Origin: a virus
Taxonomy: Duplodnaviria > Heunggongvirae > Uroviricota > Caudoviricetes
Reading direction: 5' to 3' (one strand)
DNA length: 64,000 nt
IMG/VR virus record: IMGVR_UViG_3300028887_000066
Span: 179,550 to 243,549 of that record
Below are positions 26,658 through 37,126 of the stretch, piece by piece (the stretch's first letter is position 1; every line of letters starts with the position of its first letter). The translations under genes were made by a program, and so were the position numbers. The notes beneath the pieces were generated by a model. The model saw only the letters and a list, made by a program, of their open reading frames with translations, searched no databases and was not told the DNA's origin.

Positions 26658-27554
26658 TCAGTCTCGTTTAACAACTACAAGATCAACCTTATCATCATTA
26701 CCAATATCCCATCTTTTAGGCGTTTGGGCATAAAGAATGGGTTTTAGCCATCCGAATTCAATTTCCACGGCATCCTTCATTATCTGCTCACGCTCGGTAT
26801 ATCTTCCTTGTCTAAAAGCATCGATAATATCAGCATTGTACTCTTCAAAGGTTACAGGGTATCTACCGAAACGCATCAAGAAATCATCTTCATCCTCAAG
26901 GTCTTTGTAATATTTCTTTTCACCCTCTTCTTTTTGTAGCCATTCATTCCAACTTTCTTTAGTCTCCTTTGCTAAAGCTTCTTCAAGCATATTATTGAGC
27001 TTATCATAGTCAATTGGGCTTGCTATGATTTCACTTTCAAACACCGCATTGCCATCCTCGCTTTCATACATTGGATTACCGTCATTAGCGTCTATAATAT
27101 CCGCTACTATCATGCTGTGAACTTTACCAAAAGACTTATAAAAGACTTTATCGCCGACATTGAACTTATGCTTTTTCTTAGGGAAATAGCTACTACAAGC
27201 ATTACACGTTTTCTGAGGACTTATCTCACAGCCGTAGCCGTCAGTATGATGGACGCACGGCTCTTTACCATTATCTTTTGGTTTAATGGTATCGTCATCC
27301 ATAGCATTCTTAAAGTCCTCCATAAATGTTTCAAGACCTAACTGATTCTTGGAATAGTTGGTGTAATTCTTCTTCAGCCATTTCAGTGCCTTATCGACGG
27401 ACACCGTTTTTGGCTTTGGTGGCAAAATAAGCTCAATTTCATCCTCATCGAACTCTTCTGCGATTTTACCATTGCAATCCAATCTCGTATATATGGTGGA
27501 ATAGAGACAATGAACGTCAATTATCTCCCCTGTTTCAATAACCCTTGCCTTCAT
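26658..27554 (-). CDS. Mosaic hypothetical protein
   Basis: 298 aa; several short module-like segments. Confidence 0.7.
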   Translation of the reverse strand: MKARVIETGEIIDVHCLYSTIYTRLDCNGKIAEEFDEDEIELILPPKPKTVSVDKALKWLKKNYTNYSKNQLGLETFMEDFKNAMDDDTIKPKDNGKEPCVHHTDGYGCEISPQKTCNACSSYFPKKKHKFNVGDKVFYKSFGKVHSMIVADIIDANDGNPMYESEDGNAVFESEIIASPIDYDKLNNMLEEALAKETKESWNEWLQKEEGEKKYYKDLEDEDDFLMRFGRYPVTFEEYNADIIDAFRQGRYTEREQIMKDAVEIEFGWLKPILYAQTPKRWDIGNDDKVDLVVVKRD

Positions 27555-27558
27555 ATCT

Positions 27559-27834
27559 TTAAACTTTCATTGCCTTACGCAACTCTTCTTTCATACTTTC
27601 AATGCTTTCGAACTCGTATGTGGCTATCTCCCACTTCACCCTGTTCATGAAATGTTCATCAATCCAATCACAAACCTTATCTAATAGTGTATCATCGGCC
27701 CATTCTGCACCCTCGACATATGCCTTTCTTCGTGGGAGGTTAGGGTCATATGTACCCGTTGCCTTTTTATTGAATCTCTCTTTTACAGGGTACGATTCCA
27801 ATGCAGAATCCTCTATCTCGTTATTTCTTGTCAT
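27559..27834 (-). CDS. Hypothetical protein
   Basis: AYVEGAEWAD motif; tiling ORF. Confidence 0.6.
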   Translation of the reverse strand: MTRNNEIEDSALESYPVKERFNKKATGTYDPNLPRRKAYVEGAEWADDTLLDKVCDWIDEHFMNRVKWEIATYEFESIESMKEELRKAMKV

Positions 27835-28277
27835 ATTTTATTGTTTTAATTCCTTTACAAGTTGATCGGCGTATTTCACGGCGATTTTTGCAAGTTCTTT
27901 TCTGAATATGAATTCAAAAATAAACACCATAAATGAACTGCTCAATAGGGCATTCATTGCATTAATGGCCGCCTCATTCCTGATATTTTCTTCTTGCTCC
28001 TTGGTCATATATTCATTATCGGTAGGTTATGACATTGTAAATTTTTTCTAAGGTAGGCATATCAAGTCCATCTAAACGTTTTTTGATTTTTTCAATATAA
28101 ACTTTTTTACGCTCACTTTCTTTCATAATGGATTGCTTTGAATAACGTAGTATATATCCTCTACGGTGACACTTGGTGGAGCAGACTGATTTACTAAGCC
28201 GTATTTAAGTATAGCATATAAATCAGCCTGTGTTAAATTTTCGAGATATTGTTGTTTGGATTCTTGTTTTGTCATAT

Positions 28278-28628
28278 TTAATCCTCTATTTCAATTATTA
28301 CCTTACATTTTTTAGGTTTATTCCTAAACGTTATCTCCTTGAAAAATTCATTCGGTAAATGGAAATGTCCATGCCGATACAGGTCATTATTGCTTGCCCA
28401 ATCACTTGTTCCACATTCTCTTTTTCTGTTTTTATCGAATGGAACACGATAGTCAAATGATGTTTTTTCTGGCGGTAAGTAATAACCGTACCAAACCATA
28501 GCCCCGCGACCTGCAAACTCACCTTTGTCACGGGTTATATAGCAGTTATCATATACTGTTACTTGCTTTTTCATATGGATTATTTTCTTTTTATCCTTCA
28601 TCATTTTCCCAAAATCTATATGTATCAA
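28278..28628 (-). CDS. Hypothetical protein
   Basis: Tiling ORF. Confidence 0.55.
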   Translation of the reverse strand: MIHIDFGKMMKDKKKIIHMKKQVTVYDNCYITRDKGEFAGRGAMVWYGYYLPPEKTSFDYRVPFDKNRKRECGTSDWASNNDLYRHGHFHLPNEFFKEITFRNKPKKCKVIIEIED

Positions 28629-29043
28629 TCATTACTTTATCACCATCAGTGATAATGCGATCTTTTACTGTTTGATGTAAAACATGCTGTAAATCATTAA
28701 GATTCTTAACATATACCTCTCCCGCAAGTGTCCAATACATTTTTGTTAAGCTGTTTTGAACAATGTTAAGTACGTCCGTATAATCTGGATGCTTATATTG
28801 CTTGCCTACTCCGATACCATTCTTATATTTTGGGTCATCAGGCATAATCTCTTTCCAACCAAGTTGCAAAATTATCTCTTCTGTTAGTGGAATGGGATAA
28901 GTATCTTCCCACCTATAAGTCAATTCTCCATAATGTTTGGCAATGACTTGAACACATTCTTCATTGATACCAGTGACGGGACAAATCCAATGTCTGTGAT
29001 TGTAGATGAGATCACCTAACATCATTTCTTCAGGCTTAATCAT
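28591..29043 (-). CDS. Hypothetical protein, paralog family B (KPxELMxGD...PIPLTxEI...HELQH)
   Basis: Paralog of 43942 and 46613. Confidence 0.7.
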   Translation of the reverse strand: MIKPEEMMLGDLIYNHRHWICPVTGINEECVQVIAKHYGELTYRWEDTYPIPLTEEIILQLGWKEIMPDDPKYKNGIGVGKQYKHPDYTDVLNIVQNSLTKMYWTLAGEVYVKNLNDLQHVLHQTVKDRIITDGDKVMIDTYRFWENDEG

Positions 29044-29134
29044 AATTTTTCTTATTTGTTGTTATGTGGCAAAGATAAGATTTTTATTTGAATGGGCCAA
29101 ATGTATTAACCAAAAATATCATGATAACAATATG

Positions 29135-29599
29135 CTATTCACCCTTTTCGCAAGATGTCTTAATATAACCGTTTTCTAAAAGCCAAACTACCATGTTGTA
29201 AGCCGCTTCAAGAGTAGTATCACCATTAGTTATCTGCCTAAACTTATCCTTCTGCATATCATTAATATTGTTAGGCATATAACTGCAATGCCAACCCTTT
29301 CCGTTGAGATTACGATAGATATTTAGATCAATGCCTCTTTCCCATTCAAAAAGATATGGAGGCATTAACTCCAACAATGCACCCAAAGACCAAGCAGGAA
29401 TAGCTCTTTCATCAAATAAATCGGATTTATTTCTATCTCCCCATGCATCTTGCCAATTACTAACAAAATCAAGTGATTGTCCTTCCTCTTCGTTAGTTAT
29501 AGGATTGATGTAGATGTCATAGAACAAATCGGCTGTTTCAGCTTTAATCCCAAGCTCTAACAGTTTTTTACTTTGTTCAATTGTTGTTACATTCATCAC
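29135..29599 (-). CDS. Hypothetical protein, paralog family A
   Basis: 26-aa identical block shared with 22403-22837. Confidence 0.7.
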   Translation of the reverse strand: MMNVTTIEQSKKLLELGIKAETADLFYDIYINPITNEEEGQSLDFVSNWQDAWGDRNKSDLFDERAIPAWSLGALLELMPPYLFEWERGIDLNIYRNLNGKGWHCSYMPNNINDMQKDKFRQITNGDTTLEAAYNMVVWLLENGYIKTSCEKGE

Positions 29600-29768
29600 C
29601 GAATACCACCTTCATTAGTTTCTTATGAGCCGCCTTCTGTCTATTCTCCCAACGGCGAATCCAATCCTTAATATCCAACCAATCAATGCCTGTTTCTTTC
29701 ATTGTCTGCGCAAGAAAGGCGTTATAACGGTTCAATATCTCGATATTTTGTACTTTCGTAAATTTCAT
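29577..29768 (-). CDS. Hypothetical protein
   Basis: Tiling ORF. Confidence 0.55.
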   Translation of the reverse strand: MKFTKVQNIEILNRYNAFLAQTMKETGIDWLDIKDWIRRWENRQKAAHKKLMKVVFGDECNNN

Positions 29769-30277
29769 TCTTCTTCGTCAAATATTCCAAAATAGTTCAT
29801 CAAGTCTTCTTCTTTTTGCTTTAACATAGCATAGTCGTCAGGTGTGATATTATTGGTATCAATGTCTGGCCAAAGTATCTTAGCTAAACGTGCTTCTTTG
29901 AAAGTCAATGTGATAGGCGTATTATCTTCGACAAGCTCATAACCATAGTCAATCTCTTCAAGATCAACATTCTTTTGTGGATAAGGTTCATTGAACCTCC
30001 CGAATCCACCTTCCATTTGGGTGACATAATAACCATCAATACCTGTTACAACAGCAAGAATACGTATGGGATTAGGATATGATTCAAGCCTGTCTCCTGG
30101 TTTGAACTTAGGAGTGTGTGGGATAGGTTTATGCCCAAGCCGACATGACTTCAAGGTTTCAAGGCATTCACTACAACAACCGCCATCATCAATTTCACCA
30201 CATCCCCACGCCACATTATCCTGATAAATGCAGTAATCGCAATTAAGACAATGTTTATTTACAAATTCAAGCGTCAT
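29765..30277 (-). CDS. Cys-rich hypothetical protein
   Basis: CLNCDYC...CCSEC...C. Confidence 0.65.
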   Translation of the reverse strand: MTLEFVNKHCLNCDYCIYQDNVAWGCGEIDDGGCCSECLETLKSCRLGHKPIPHTPKFKPGDRLESYPNPIRILAVVTGIDGYYVTQMEGGFGRFNEPYPQKNVDLEEIDYGYELVEDNTPITLTFKEARLAKILWPDIDTNNITPDDYAMLKQKEEDLMNYFGIFDEEE

Positions 30278-30282
30278 ACTTT

Positions 30283-30555
30283 TTATTTTGCTAAATTCTT
30301 ATAAAGCCAATTAACATATTTCGTAAAACCTTCTATAGCAGGAGTAACATCGGTATCTTCATTTATCGGGTAATCTATGTCATCCAATAAATCTGTTATA
30401 TTATCTGAGAAATACCCTATTATATCTTCCATATTATTTTCTAACATATAATCCGTATCTCTTAATATATCCTGATACGCTCTGTCAAATACATTATCAT
30501 TTAACAAATAATATGTATTTCCTATAAGTAACATGTCCATAATTTTACAGTACAA
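30283..30555 (-). CDS. Hypothetical protein
   Basis: Tiling ORF. Confidence 0.55.
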   Translation of the reverse strand: MYCKIMDMLLIGNTYYLLNDNVFDRAYQDILRDTDYMLENNMEDIIGYFSDNITDLLDDIDYPINEDTDVTPAIEGFTKYVNWLYKNLAK

Positions 30556-30566
30556 AATATGCTTGG

Positions 30567-30767
30567 TTAAAATGGTAGTATCAATGAATTATCCGCTTCA
30601 AGTTTTTTAGTCTTTTTGTTAAGAACAATTCCCTGGTGTTGCAAGCTTTTATCATAGTAATTTCTTTTTTTCAGTGAAACACTAAGATTAATAACACTCT
30701 CAACAAACTTCTTCATAAAATACATTGCAGCAATACCAGCTACAATAATCCCTATAATCCTAATCAT
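30567..30767 (-). CDS. Small membrane protein
   Basis: N-terminal TM helix. Confidence 0.55.
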   Translation of the reverse strand: MIRIIGIIVAGIAAMYFMKKFVESVINLSVSLKKRNYYDKSLQHQGIVLNKKTKKLEADNSLILPF

Positions 30768-30795
30768 AAATTAAAAATCTCTATCTTAAATCAAA

Positions 30796-31320
30796 CTATT
30801 TATACGGATTGTTCTCTGCTGTCACCTTAACGGCAAGACCCTTTTCAATTAATCCACGATAGTCAAAATGATGGGCATTAAACCACTCAAATACTGCTAT
30901 TAATTCAAGATATGAAAATGAATTTATTGAAGAATCTATACTTAGTATGAAGCCTTCACGAATTTCAACACCTTTTCCTAATATTTCCTGTACTTCATGT
31001 AGTTCCTCATCTGTCATTGAAGATAGTGGGCGGAGAAAAGGAGTAAACTCTTCAATAGTCCAAGGAGTTCCTTCAATTTGACATTCTTCAATATAGTTTC
31101 CTAAATCTTCGTTATTATCAAAAGTGGATACAAAGAGTTCATCATTGCTTGCATCTATTCTTTGTAATTCTACATCTACGTCAAATGTTGTTTCTAAAGG
31201 AAACCCGTCTATGTCATATTTGTGTGGAACCACAGTATCGGCCTTAACTTTACCTCTCACTCCATATGGCAATCTCGCGCTCAAATCCTTTAAAAGAAGT
31301 TCTTTATCTTCTCGTTTCAT
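30796..31320 (-). CDS. Hypothetical protein, paralog family C (DLxxRLPYGV...LRPxSSMT...HFDxRGLIxKGLA)
   Basis: Paralog of 31741-32169. Confidence 0.7.
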   Translation of the reverse strand: MKREDKELLLKDLSARLPYGVRGKVKADTVVPHKYDIDGFPLETTFDVDVELQRIDASNDELFVSTFDNNEDLGNYIEECQIEGTPWTIEEFTPFLRPLSSMTDEELHEVQEILGKGVEIREGFILSIDSSINSFSYLELIAVFEWFNAHHFDYRGLIEKGLAVKVTAENNPYK

Positions 31321-31430
31321 AATTCTCCTGCTTCTTCTAAAATATCTACCTCACTTGCATGTAACCTATACACCCTCATCTTTCTAAGAGTTTCTTGTCT
31401 CTTTTTTTCTCTTTCTTCTTGTGTCATAGT

Positions 31431-31763
31431 TTATTCATATAACATTGCTTTGCACAAATCTTTAACCATATCCTCGTCTTTAAATAACGACCAACTATCA
31501 GATTCATAATAGTTTCGTGCATGATAACGAAGCCAATTACGAACATCTGAAAGTTTTATCATCGCATCTTTTGACATACACATATAATCGCGGACTCTTT
31601 CATCAGATTCATCAAGTAGTTCATCTTCTGTAACACACCACCAATCATAATCTACAAGCTCATAAAGAGTCCCTTCTTTAGTAGATAATATGTCAGCAAT
31701 TCTATCAACATAAAATTCTCCATTCTTTTGGTAGAAAATTCTATTCCCTACTTCTAATTTCAT
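31431..31763 (-). CDS. Hypothetical protein
   Basis: Tiling ORF. Confidence 0.6.
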   Translation of the reverse strand: MKLEVGNRIFYQKNGEFYVDRIADILSTKEGTLYELVDYDWWCVTEDELLDESDERVRDYMCMSKDAMIKLSDVRNWLRYHARNYYESDSWSLFKDEDMVKDLCKAMLYE

Positions 31764-32169
31764 ATGGGTTATTTTCTTTAGTCACTTCAATAGCTAAACC
31801 TTTAGGAATAAGTCCTCTAAAATCAAAATGATTCTTAAGAAGCCAATCAATTCTATCTTTAGCAGGAATATGCGCATAGTCTTTTGGGCAAGAATACGCC
31901 CTATTGTCAATATTATTATATTCCTCATTTTCTTCCTCAGTCATTGAAGACATAGGACGAAGATAAGGTTTAATAACATCTTCCCTATCATTGAATGTAT
32001 CTCTCTTTGTCGCGTCGATATTGACTCCATATTCTGTTCCGAATATAGTCAGGTTAACGGTGTGTAAATATCCATCACCTTTCGGTGTATTGACAATAAC
32101 TCCGTATGGCAATCTTCCTGTGAGGTCGATAAGCTTTAATTTATTTTCTTCGTCGAACAATGACTTCAT
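31741..32169 (-). CDS. Hypothetical protein, paralog family C
   Basis: Paralog of 30796-31320. Confidence 0.7.
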   Translation of the reverse strand: MKSLFDEENKLKLIDLTGRLPYGVIVNTPKGDGYLHTVNLTIFGTEYGVNIDATKRDTFNDREDVIKPYLRPMSSMTEEENEEYNNIDNRAYSCPKDYAHIPAKDRIDWLLKNHFDFRGLIPKGLAIEVTKENNPYEIRSRE

Positions 32170-32176
32170 AACTCCT

Positions 32177-32578
32177 TTATCTTAAACTGAATAAATCGTT
32201 TCTTTCTATATTATGGCTAATTTCCTTATTTGTTGATTTCCAAGGAATCCTCCCATAATCGGAATCCATAATTTCATTACATTCCTCACAAAGATCATAG
32301 AATATTTTCCAAGGGATTCTTAGGGGCTTTCCACATCTGTGACAATGGGTTCTTAATTCTTTTTCGTAAGCCCCTTCTTTGTCAAACACCTTATTCTTTT
32401 CGTTCTTATGCCTGAATTTTCCGAAAATCCCTTCAAACCAACACATATAGTCGTACTCATCCATTGAAATGTTACCATCGTCGAACCAACGCTCCACTAA
32501 TGGATGAAAGCCCGTGAAAGCGAATCGTGTCCCACCGAAATCATGGTGTTCCGTAAGGTCTATCTTAGGAGAAAGCAT
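32177..32578 (-). CDS. Hypothetical protein with zinc ribbon
   Basis: CHRCG...CEEC. Confidence 0.65.
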   Translation of the reverse strand: MLSPKIDLTEHHDFGGTRFAFTGFHPLVERWFDDGNISMDEYDYMCWFEGIFGKFRHKNEKNKVFDKEGAYEKELRTHCHRCGKPLRIPWKIFYDLCEECNEIMDSDYGRIPWKSTNKEISHNIERNDLFSLR

Positions 32579-33363
32579 TACTTCTTGAAAATGCTACGGA
32601 CTTTATCGAAGAATCCAGGTTTCTTTTCAATTCTATTGTCAACTACATAAGAAGAAATGGGAATAGACTCATTGTTAGCTACAGATATTGCAATTCCTGT
32701 CTTCTTTTCGTCAATCCTATATGTCTTTAGGATGGCGATAAGTTCCTCGCTATTCTTCGGAATCTCCGTAGTTACCGCAGGCGAAACTCCCTGCTTTTCC
32801 TTGTATTGCTCAACCATCTTGTCAAGAGTGAGGTCACAATACTCATCCACCCAATCCCCAAGGAAATAGAAACGGTCTGCTACATTTGAGTTATTCTTGA
32901 ACACTCCGAACAGGATGGGATCCTTATCCCTTCTCTCCTTTTCAACCTTTCTTTCCTCCTTACCTGTGTAATCGGTAAAAACAACATAGAATTCATCAAA
33001 TAGTTCCTTGGTCTTTTCAATGGTTTCAACCAATTCATCGGGAACCTCTCTCATATATCGTGAAAGCTCAACGATTTTCACCGTCTTATCTGCCACATTC
33101 TCAATATAATCCTCGATAGTGTCCTTGTAGATGTATGTGGTAATACCCATTTCAATAAGCTTCTCTTCCTTTGCAAGGGTATCTGCAAGGAAACACAGCT
33201 TCTTCAATGACTCAACCTGCCCAAGCTTCTTATACTTTTCAGCAAGCTTTAGGAATACATCATATGATTCTTTTAACGCTTCTGTTGTAACTGTATTCTT
33301 TGCCCCTTTAAGGTAATCAAAATATTGACTTGGGGTTATTGTCTTTTCTTTCTTCTCTTCCAT
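32578..33363 (-). CDS. Conserved phage protein (RDKDPILFG...FYFLGDW)
   Basis: 261 aa; own promoter at ~33386. Confidence 0.75.
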   Translation of the reverse strand: MEEKKEKTITPSQYFDYLKGAKNTVTTEALKESYDVFLKLAEKYKKLGQVESLKKLCFLADTLAKEEKLIEMGITTYIYKDTIEDYIENVADKTVKIVELSRYMREVPDELVETIEKTKELFDEFYVVFTDYTGKEERKVEKERRDKDPILFGVFKNNSNVADRFYFLGDWVDEYCDLTLDKMVEQYKEKQGVSPAVTTEIPKNSEELIAILKTYRIDEKKTGIAISVANNESIPISSYVVDNRIEKKPGFFDKVRSIFKK

Positions 33364-33406
33364 TGTTCTCTATTTTTTTTCTTATTGCAAAGTTAGGATT
33401 AAATTT

Positions 33407-33718
33407 TCAATTACCCAAAATTATTTGTGGTTTTTTTATGAACTTCACCGTTCCGATGTCATTACGATTCAATGTTATATACTTGTTTTCCACATGGTGA
33501 GAATCCTTGCCTGCGACAAGCGATGTTACCTCCACAACTAAATCCACGGTATCATTATGATGATGAAATGTGGCAGATATTATCTTGAATGGGAGATAGG
33601 TGATTAGCGTGCCGCCAACTCTCTTTTTAATATTTTCACTATCTGTGTAACAGAAACCATACACCTGTTTCGTCTCACCTAAACGATTCTGCCAATCTTT
33701 CCAAAACTTCTTTGTCAT
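33407..33718 (-). CDS. Hypothetical protein
   Basis: Tiling ORF. Confidence 0.6.
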   Translation of the reverse strand: MTKKFWKDWQNRLGETKQVYGFCYTDSENIKKRVGGTLITYLPFKIISATFHHHNDTVDLVVEVTSLVAGKDSHHVENKYITLNRNDIGTVKFIKKPQIILGN

Positions 33719-34050
33719 CTTATTTTGCGGATATTTTCTAACAGTCTATTTTCCTCACACTCGTAGCCCCCGTCCCAATCGTTACAAAAGATAGTGAATG
33801 GGTTATCTAACTCCATAATTTTCTTACAGAGACTTTCTTTCATTTCTTGTATTTTCTCAGGTGTGAAATATATCTTAGCTACTTTTTCCTCTGTAAGCCT
33901 CATTAGTCTCTCATAACTTTCATCCGACTTGTATGAATGCTCATTTTCCAACTCTTCCATAAAATCGATGTTGGTATATACAGATTCCTCGATAGTGCTT
34001 AAATCATTAGGAATGTAGCATCTGAATTTGAATACGTGTTCTGCCTCCAT
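33715..34050 (-). CDS. Hypothetical protein
   Basis: Tiling ORF. Confidence 0.6.
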   Translation of the reverse strand: MEAEHVFKFRCYIPNDLSTIEESVYTNIDFMEELENEHSYKSDESYERLMRLTEEKVAKIYFTPEKIQEMKESLCKKIMELDNPFTIFCNDWDGGYECEENRLLENIRKIR

Positions 34051-34055
34051 AGTGC

Positions 34056-34295
34056 TTAAACTTCATAATCCGTTGTTATGTATTGATCATCAATATTAAT
34101 TGTCAAGTTCTTATAGGTTTCACCTTCCAAATCTTCTTCAACGACTTTTCTTACCTCATTTGGTATATCCTTTTTCAGACAATGAAATCTGCCTGCATCA
34201 AAATTAGTTTCTTCGAACCATTTCTTTTCTTCAGAATCATAATAGGAATATTCGAATGAATATTCCACCCACCATGTATTACGTCTTCCTGCCAT
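34056..34295 (-). CDS. Hypothetical protein
   Basis: Tiling ORF. Confidence 0.6.
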   Translation of the reverse strand: MAGRRNTWWVEYSFEYSYYDSEEKKWFEETNFDAGRFHCLKKDIPNEVRKVVEEDLEGETYKNLTINIDDQYITTDYEV

Positions 34296-34470
34296 ATTTC
34301 TCTTTATATCTACGTTTATTCCTATTTTTAGACCTTTTGATCATTTTGATACACCATTCACGATTGACATCAGGATGATTTCTATTAACCCAATAATAAC
34401 ACATCATCACGACGTTCCCGCTAAAGGCGTGACCTGCGTGATTATCCTGAGATACAAAATTCGGCTTCAT
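34279..34470 (-). CDS. Hypothetical protein
   Basis: Tiling ORF. Confidence 0.5.
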   Translation of the reverse strand: MKPNFVSQDNHAGHAFSGNVVMMCYYWVNRNHPDVNREWCIKMIKRSKNRNKRRYKEKYGRKT

Positions 34471-34476
34471 AGTACA

Positions 34477-34740
34477 TTAATCACCTTCGCAAATAATATA
34501 TTCAATACCATCGACCACAATATGTTCAAGTTCGTCTATTTCTTCATCATCAAACTCAAAATCAGGGCCTCTGTCTATAACAAGGCATGACCATCCGTCT
34601 CTACCTCCAAGCCACCCCTCAAATTTGTGAATCCAACATGACTCACTTGTACATTTAATATATTTTATGGTTTCTTCATCAACCTCCAAAGCCCTCAGAA
34701 CCTTGATTGCCTCTTCCTTATTCTCTGTTGTTAATATCAT
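34477..34740 (-). CDS. Hypothetical acidic protein
   Basis: Tiling ORF. Confidence 0.6.
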   Translation of the reverse strand: MILTTENKEEAIKVLRALEVDEETIKYIKCTSESCWIHKFEGWLGGRDGWSCLVIDRGPDFEFDDEEIDELEHIVVDGIEYIICEGD

Positions 34741-34759
34741 ATCAATTACTCTTCCATAC

Positions 34760-35551
34760 TTAAATTGGTTTTATTTCATTTTTATTCCAATCCCTGTGAA
34801 TGGCTTCTTTTTTGATAGTTCCATATTTGTCGAATACTGAACGGACTACTTTGTATAGGTCATTATTTATTTTTTCAATCCTTTTCGACAATTCGTACAT
34901 ATCAATGTTAATCTTGAATAGGGAGCCTTCATGCGCAGAAAGATATGAGATAATTAACGAGTTTCCGCAATTTTGGCATTGGCTGTATCTAGGAGCGACG
35001 ATGATTTTCTGACCACGGAAAACAACTCTCATTTTCTTATCCTCTTTACTCGTAAGCCATTCATAGAATTGTTCCTCTTGTTTAATGGAATCTTCAATTG
35101 TATAACCATAATCACCTTTTTGTAGTTCCAAAAACTCAAGTGATTTTTGTTCATATTTTAAGTCCCTGTAAAGCAATATATCACCATAGTCGAGCTTTAT
35201 ATTAAGTTCCGAATCACTTACATAGTAAAGAGGCTCACCATAGATTTCCAACATTTCCTTCCATAGTTTATCTTCATCTGATAAGAAATTCCGATAGGCA
35301 TTTATTATAATAGCGGCATCTTCATCGTCTATGAAACTGTATTTATATGCCGACAGAGGGTGACATAACGAATAGGAGCAGCCACCACGATAGCTACCAA
35401 AACCAAAACAGGATATTCCGACGCTTTGCCCGCTTTTCTCAAATAATTCCTTATCAAAGATTTCGATTTCTATTTTATCGTAGTCGCTGTTACCTAATTT
35501 TACATCACCTGTTTTAATTTCTGATAATGTCTTCTTGATGTATTCTTTCAT
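34760..35551 (-). CDS. Hypothetical protein
   Basis: 263 aa tiling ORF. Confidence 0.7.
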   Translation of the reverse strand: MKEYIKKTLSEIKTGDVKLGNSDYDKIEIEIFDKELFEKSGQSVGISCFGFGSYRGGCSYSLCHPLSAYKYSFIDDEDAAIIINAYRNFLSDEDKLWKEMLEIYGEPLYYVSDSELNIKLDYGDILLYRDLKYEQKSLEFLELQKGDYGYTIEDSIKQEEQFYEWLTSKEDKKMRVVFRGQKIIVAPRYSQCQNCGNSLIISYLSAHEGSLFKINIDMYELSKRIEKINNDLYKVVRSVFDKYGTIKKEAIHRDWNKNEIKPI

Positions 35552-35557
35552 ACTCCG

Positions 35558-35755
35558 TTATGCTGTTGCGTTATTTTCCTTTATATCTCCTAAGAATATA
35601 CAGACTTCCGTAGCCGTTTCCTTACTATTGTCAAACGATTCTCCTTCCCCATTTGACCACCCATATGTCAATTTGCCGTTGAACGGCATACCGCTTATGG
35701 AAATTACCTTGATCTCCGCTTCGGGATTAAAACCCACAAAATCTTTAATTTTCAT
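35558..35755 (-). CDS. Hypothetical protein
   Basis: Tiling ORF. Confidence 0.55.
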   Translation of the reverse strand: MKIKDFVGFNPEAEIKVISISGMPFNGKLTYGWSNGEGESFDNSKETATEVCIFLGDIKENNATA

Positions 35756-35756
35756 G

Positions 35757-35969
35757 TTAATGTTCTTGCTTTAGCTTTTTAATCAATGCATCAGCAAAGG
35801 CTATTGCGTCATAGGCCGTACTATCTGCCATTTCTGTTACGGTATAGCAGCTTTTTGTCTTATCTGACACATAATTAGTGTTTTGCAGCAGGGCTTGCAT
35901 TGCTGCCATAGCTGCTGTTTTTCTATATTCTTCCCAATTTGTATTCATAAAACCTTTGAAATTTTTCAA
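35757..35969 (-). CDS. Small phage protein (AAMAAMQALL...AxAFADALI)
   Basis: Common phage small-protein motif. Confidence 0.6.
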   Translation of the reverse strand: MKNFKGFMNTNWEEYRKTAAMAAMQALLQNTNYVSDKTKSCYTVTEMADSTAYDAIAFADALIKKLKQEH

Positions 35970-36357
35970 ATATTTCCAATGTTTTTATTCCTTTACATTG
36001 TACCAAACCACTACGTCGTTGGATGTGGATACAACTCCTGGCACAAACTTCCTGTATATGGAAATAACACTCTCCACATAGTTATATTCACTGTTCAGCC
36101 AACTATAGGCTTCTGATTCCGATTCAAATTTTCTGTAATCAACTTTCATAGGACAAATATACTATTTAAATTCTTATTTCAATGACATCAGTAATATCCT
36201 CGTACCAATAGTCATATTCATCCCACCCATAGTATTTCAGTTTTATATTGAAGCTCTTAGTTTCATTATTGACAGTCGTACTATAGAGTTTATCTGAATC
36301 GAATGACCACAATGAGCCGTCTGATTTTCTATACTGTATAGTCATAAAATAGCTTAT

Positions 36358-36717
36358 TTACAATATCCCCTTCTCCTGACAATAGCTAATCAGCCATGTA
36401 AAATATGCGAAATTGAACGCATCATTGTCATCGTCATCACAATAGCAATCACTGCATAAGCAGCCCCAATCGCCTCCACTAAGGAAATTATTGAGAGCCT
36501 CCGTGAATTCTTTTCTCAGTTCATCCTGCTCTTCTCTGGTTTCACAGCCCTCCAATGACAGGTCAATGTTGAAACCGAGGATATTGCGTAGAATATACAT
36601 TGCTTCGCGTATTGTTGCCTTACGTTTTGGCACGGCGGCAAATGGTATCTTGTTACCGTCTGAATATATAACCTTGATAGGTTCTAACTTAATTGTCCTT
36701 TTTAAAAATTCAGCCAT
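36358..36717 (-). CDS. Hypothetical protein
   Basis: Tiling ORF. Confidence 0.6.
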   Translation of the reverse strand: MAEFLKRTIKLEPIKVIYSDGNKIPFAAVPKRKATIREAMYILRNILGFNIDLSLEGCETREEQDELRKEFTEALNNFLSGGDWGCLCSDCYCDDDDNDAFNFAYFTWLISYCQEKGIL

Positions 36718-36730
36718 AATTTTTTTTTAT

Positions 36731-37111
36731 TTATATTGTATAAACTCCGTTTTTCATTGCTTCCTCCCAGAATCGTTTTGTGTATCGGTCATCCGTTTCT
36801 GACAATTTCAATGTCTTTTCAATGTATTCCATTACAGTTTTCTTATCTCGCGTATTTAACAGGCTTTCAACAAAATTCACCACCTGATAATGAGAATTAT
36901 TCTCAAGGAAATTGTCAAGGGCTATTTGATATTCCTCGTTTTCGGATATTATCTTCTCCATTCTATCATGGATAGCCTTCAATCTTTTTTCTTTATAACC
37001 AATACTCACTTTCAAGTCGTCGTATTCTCTTTTTGTCTCATGATAAAGCCGTGATAAGACATTCAGCGAACTTGTGACATCATAATCTTTTATATTAGAA
37101 ATCATTGCCAT
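36731..37111 (-). CDS. Hypothetical coiled-coil protein
   Basis: Tiling ORF. Confidence 0.6.
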   Translation of the reverse strand: MAMISNIKDYDVTSSLNVLSRLYHETKREYDDLKVSIGYKEKRLKAIHDRMEKIISENEEYQIALDNFLENNSHYQVVNFVESLLNTRDKKTVMEYIEKTLKLSETDDRYTKRFWEEAMKNGVYTI

Positions 37112-37126
37112 ATTATTACCTCCTCA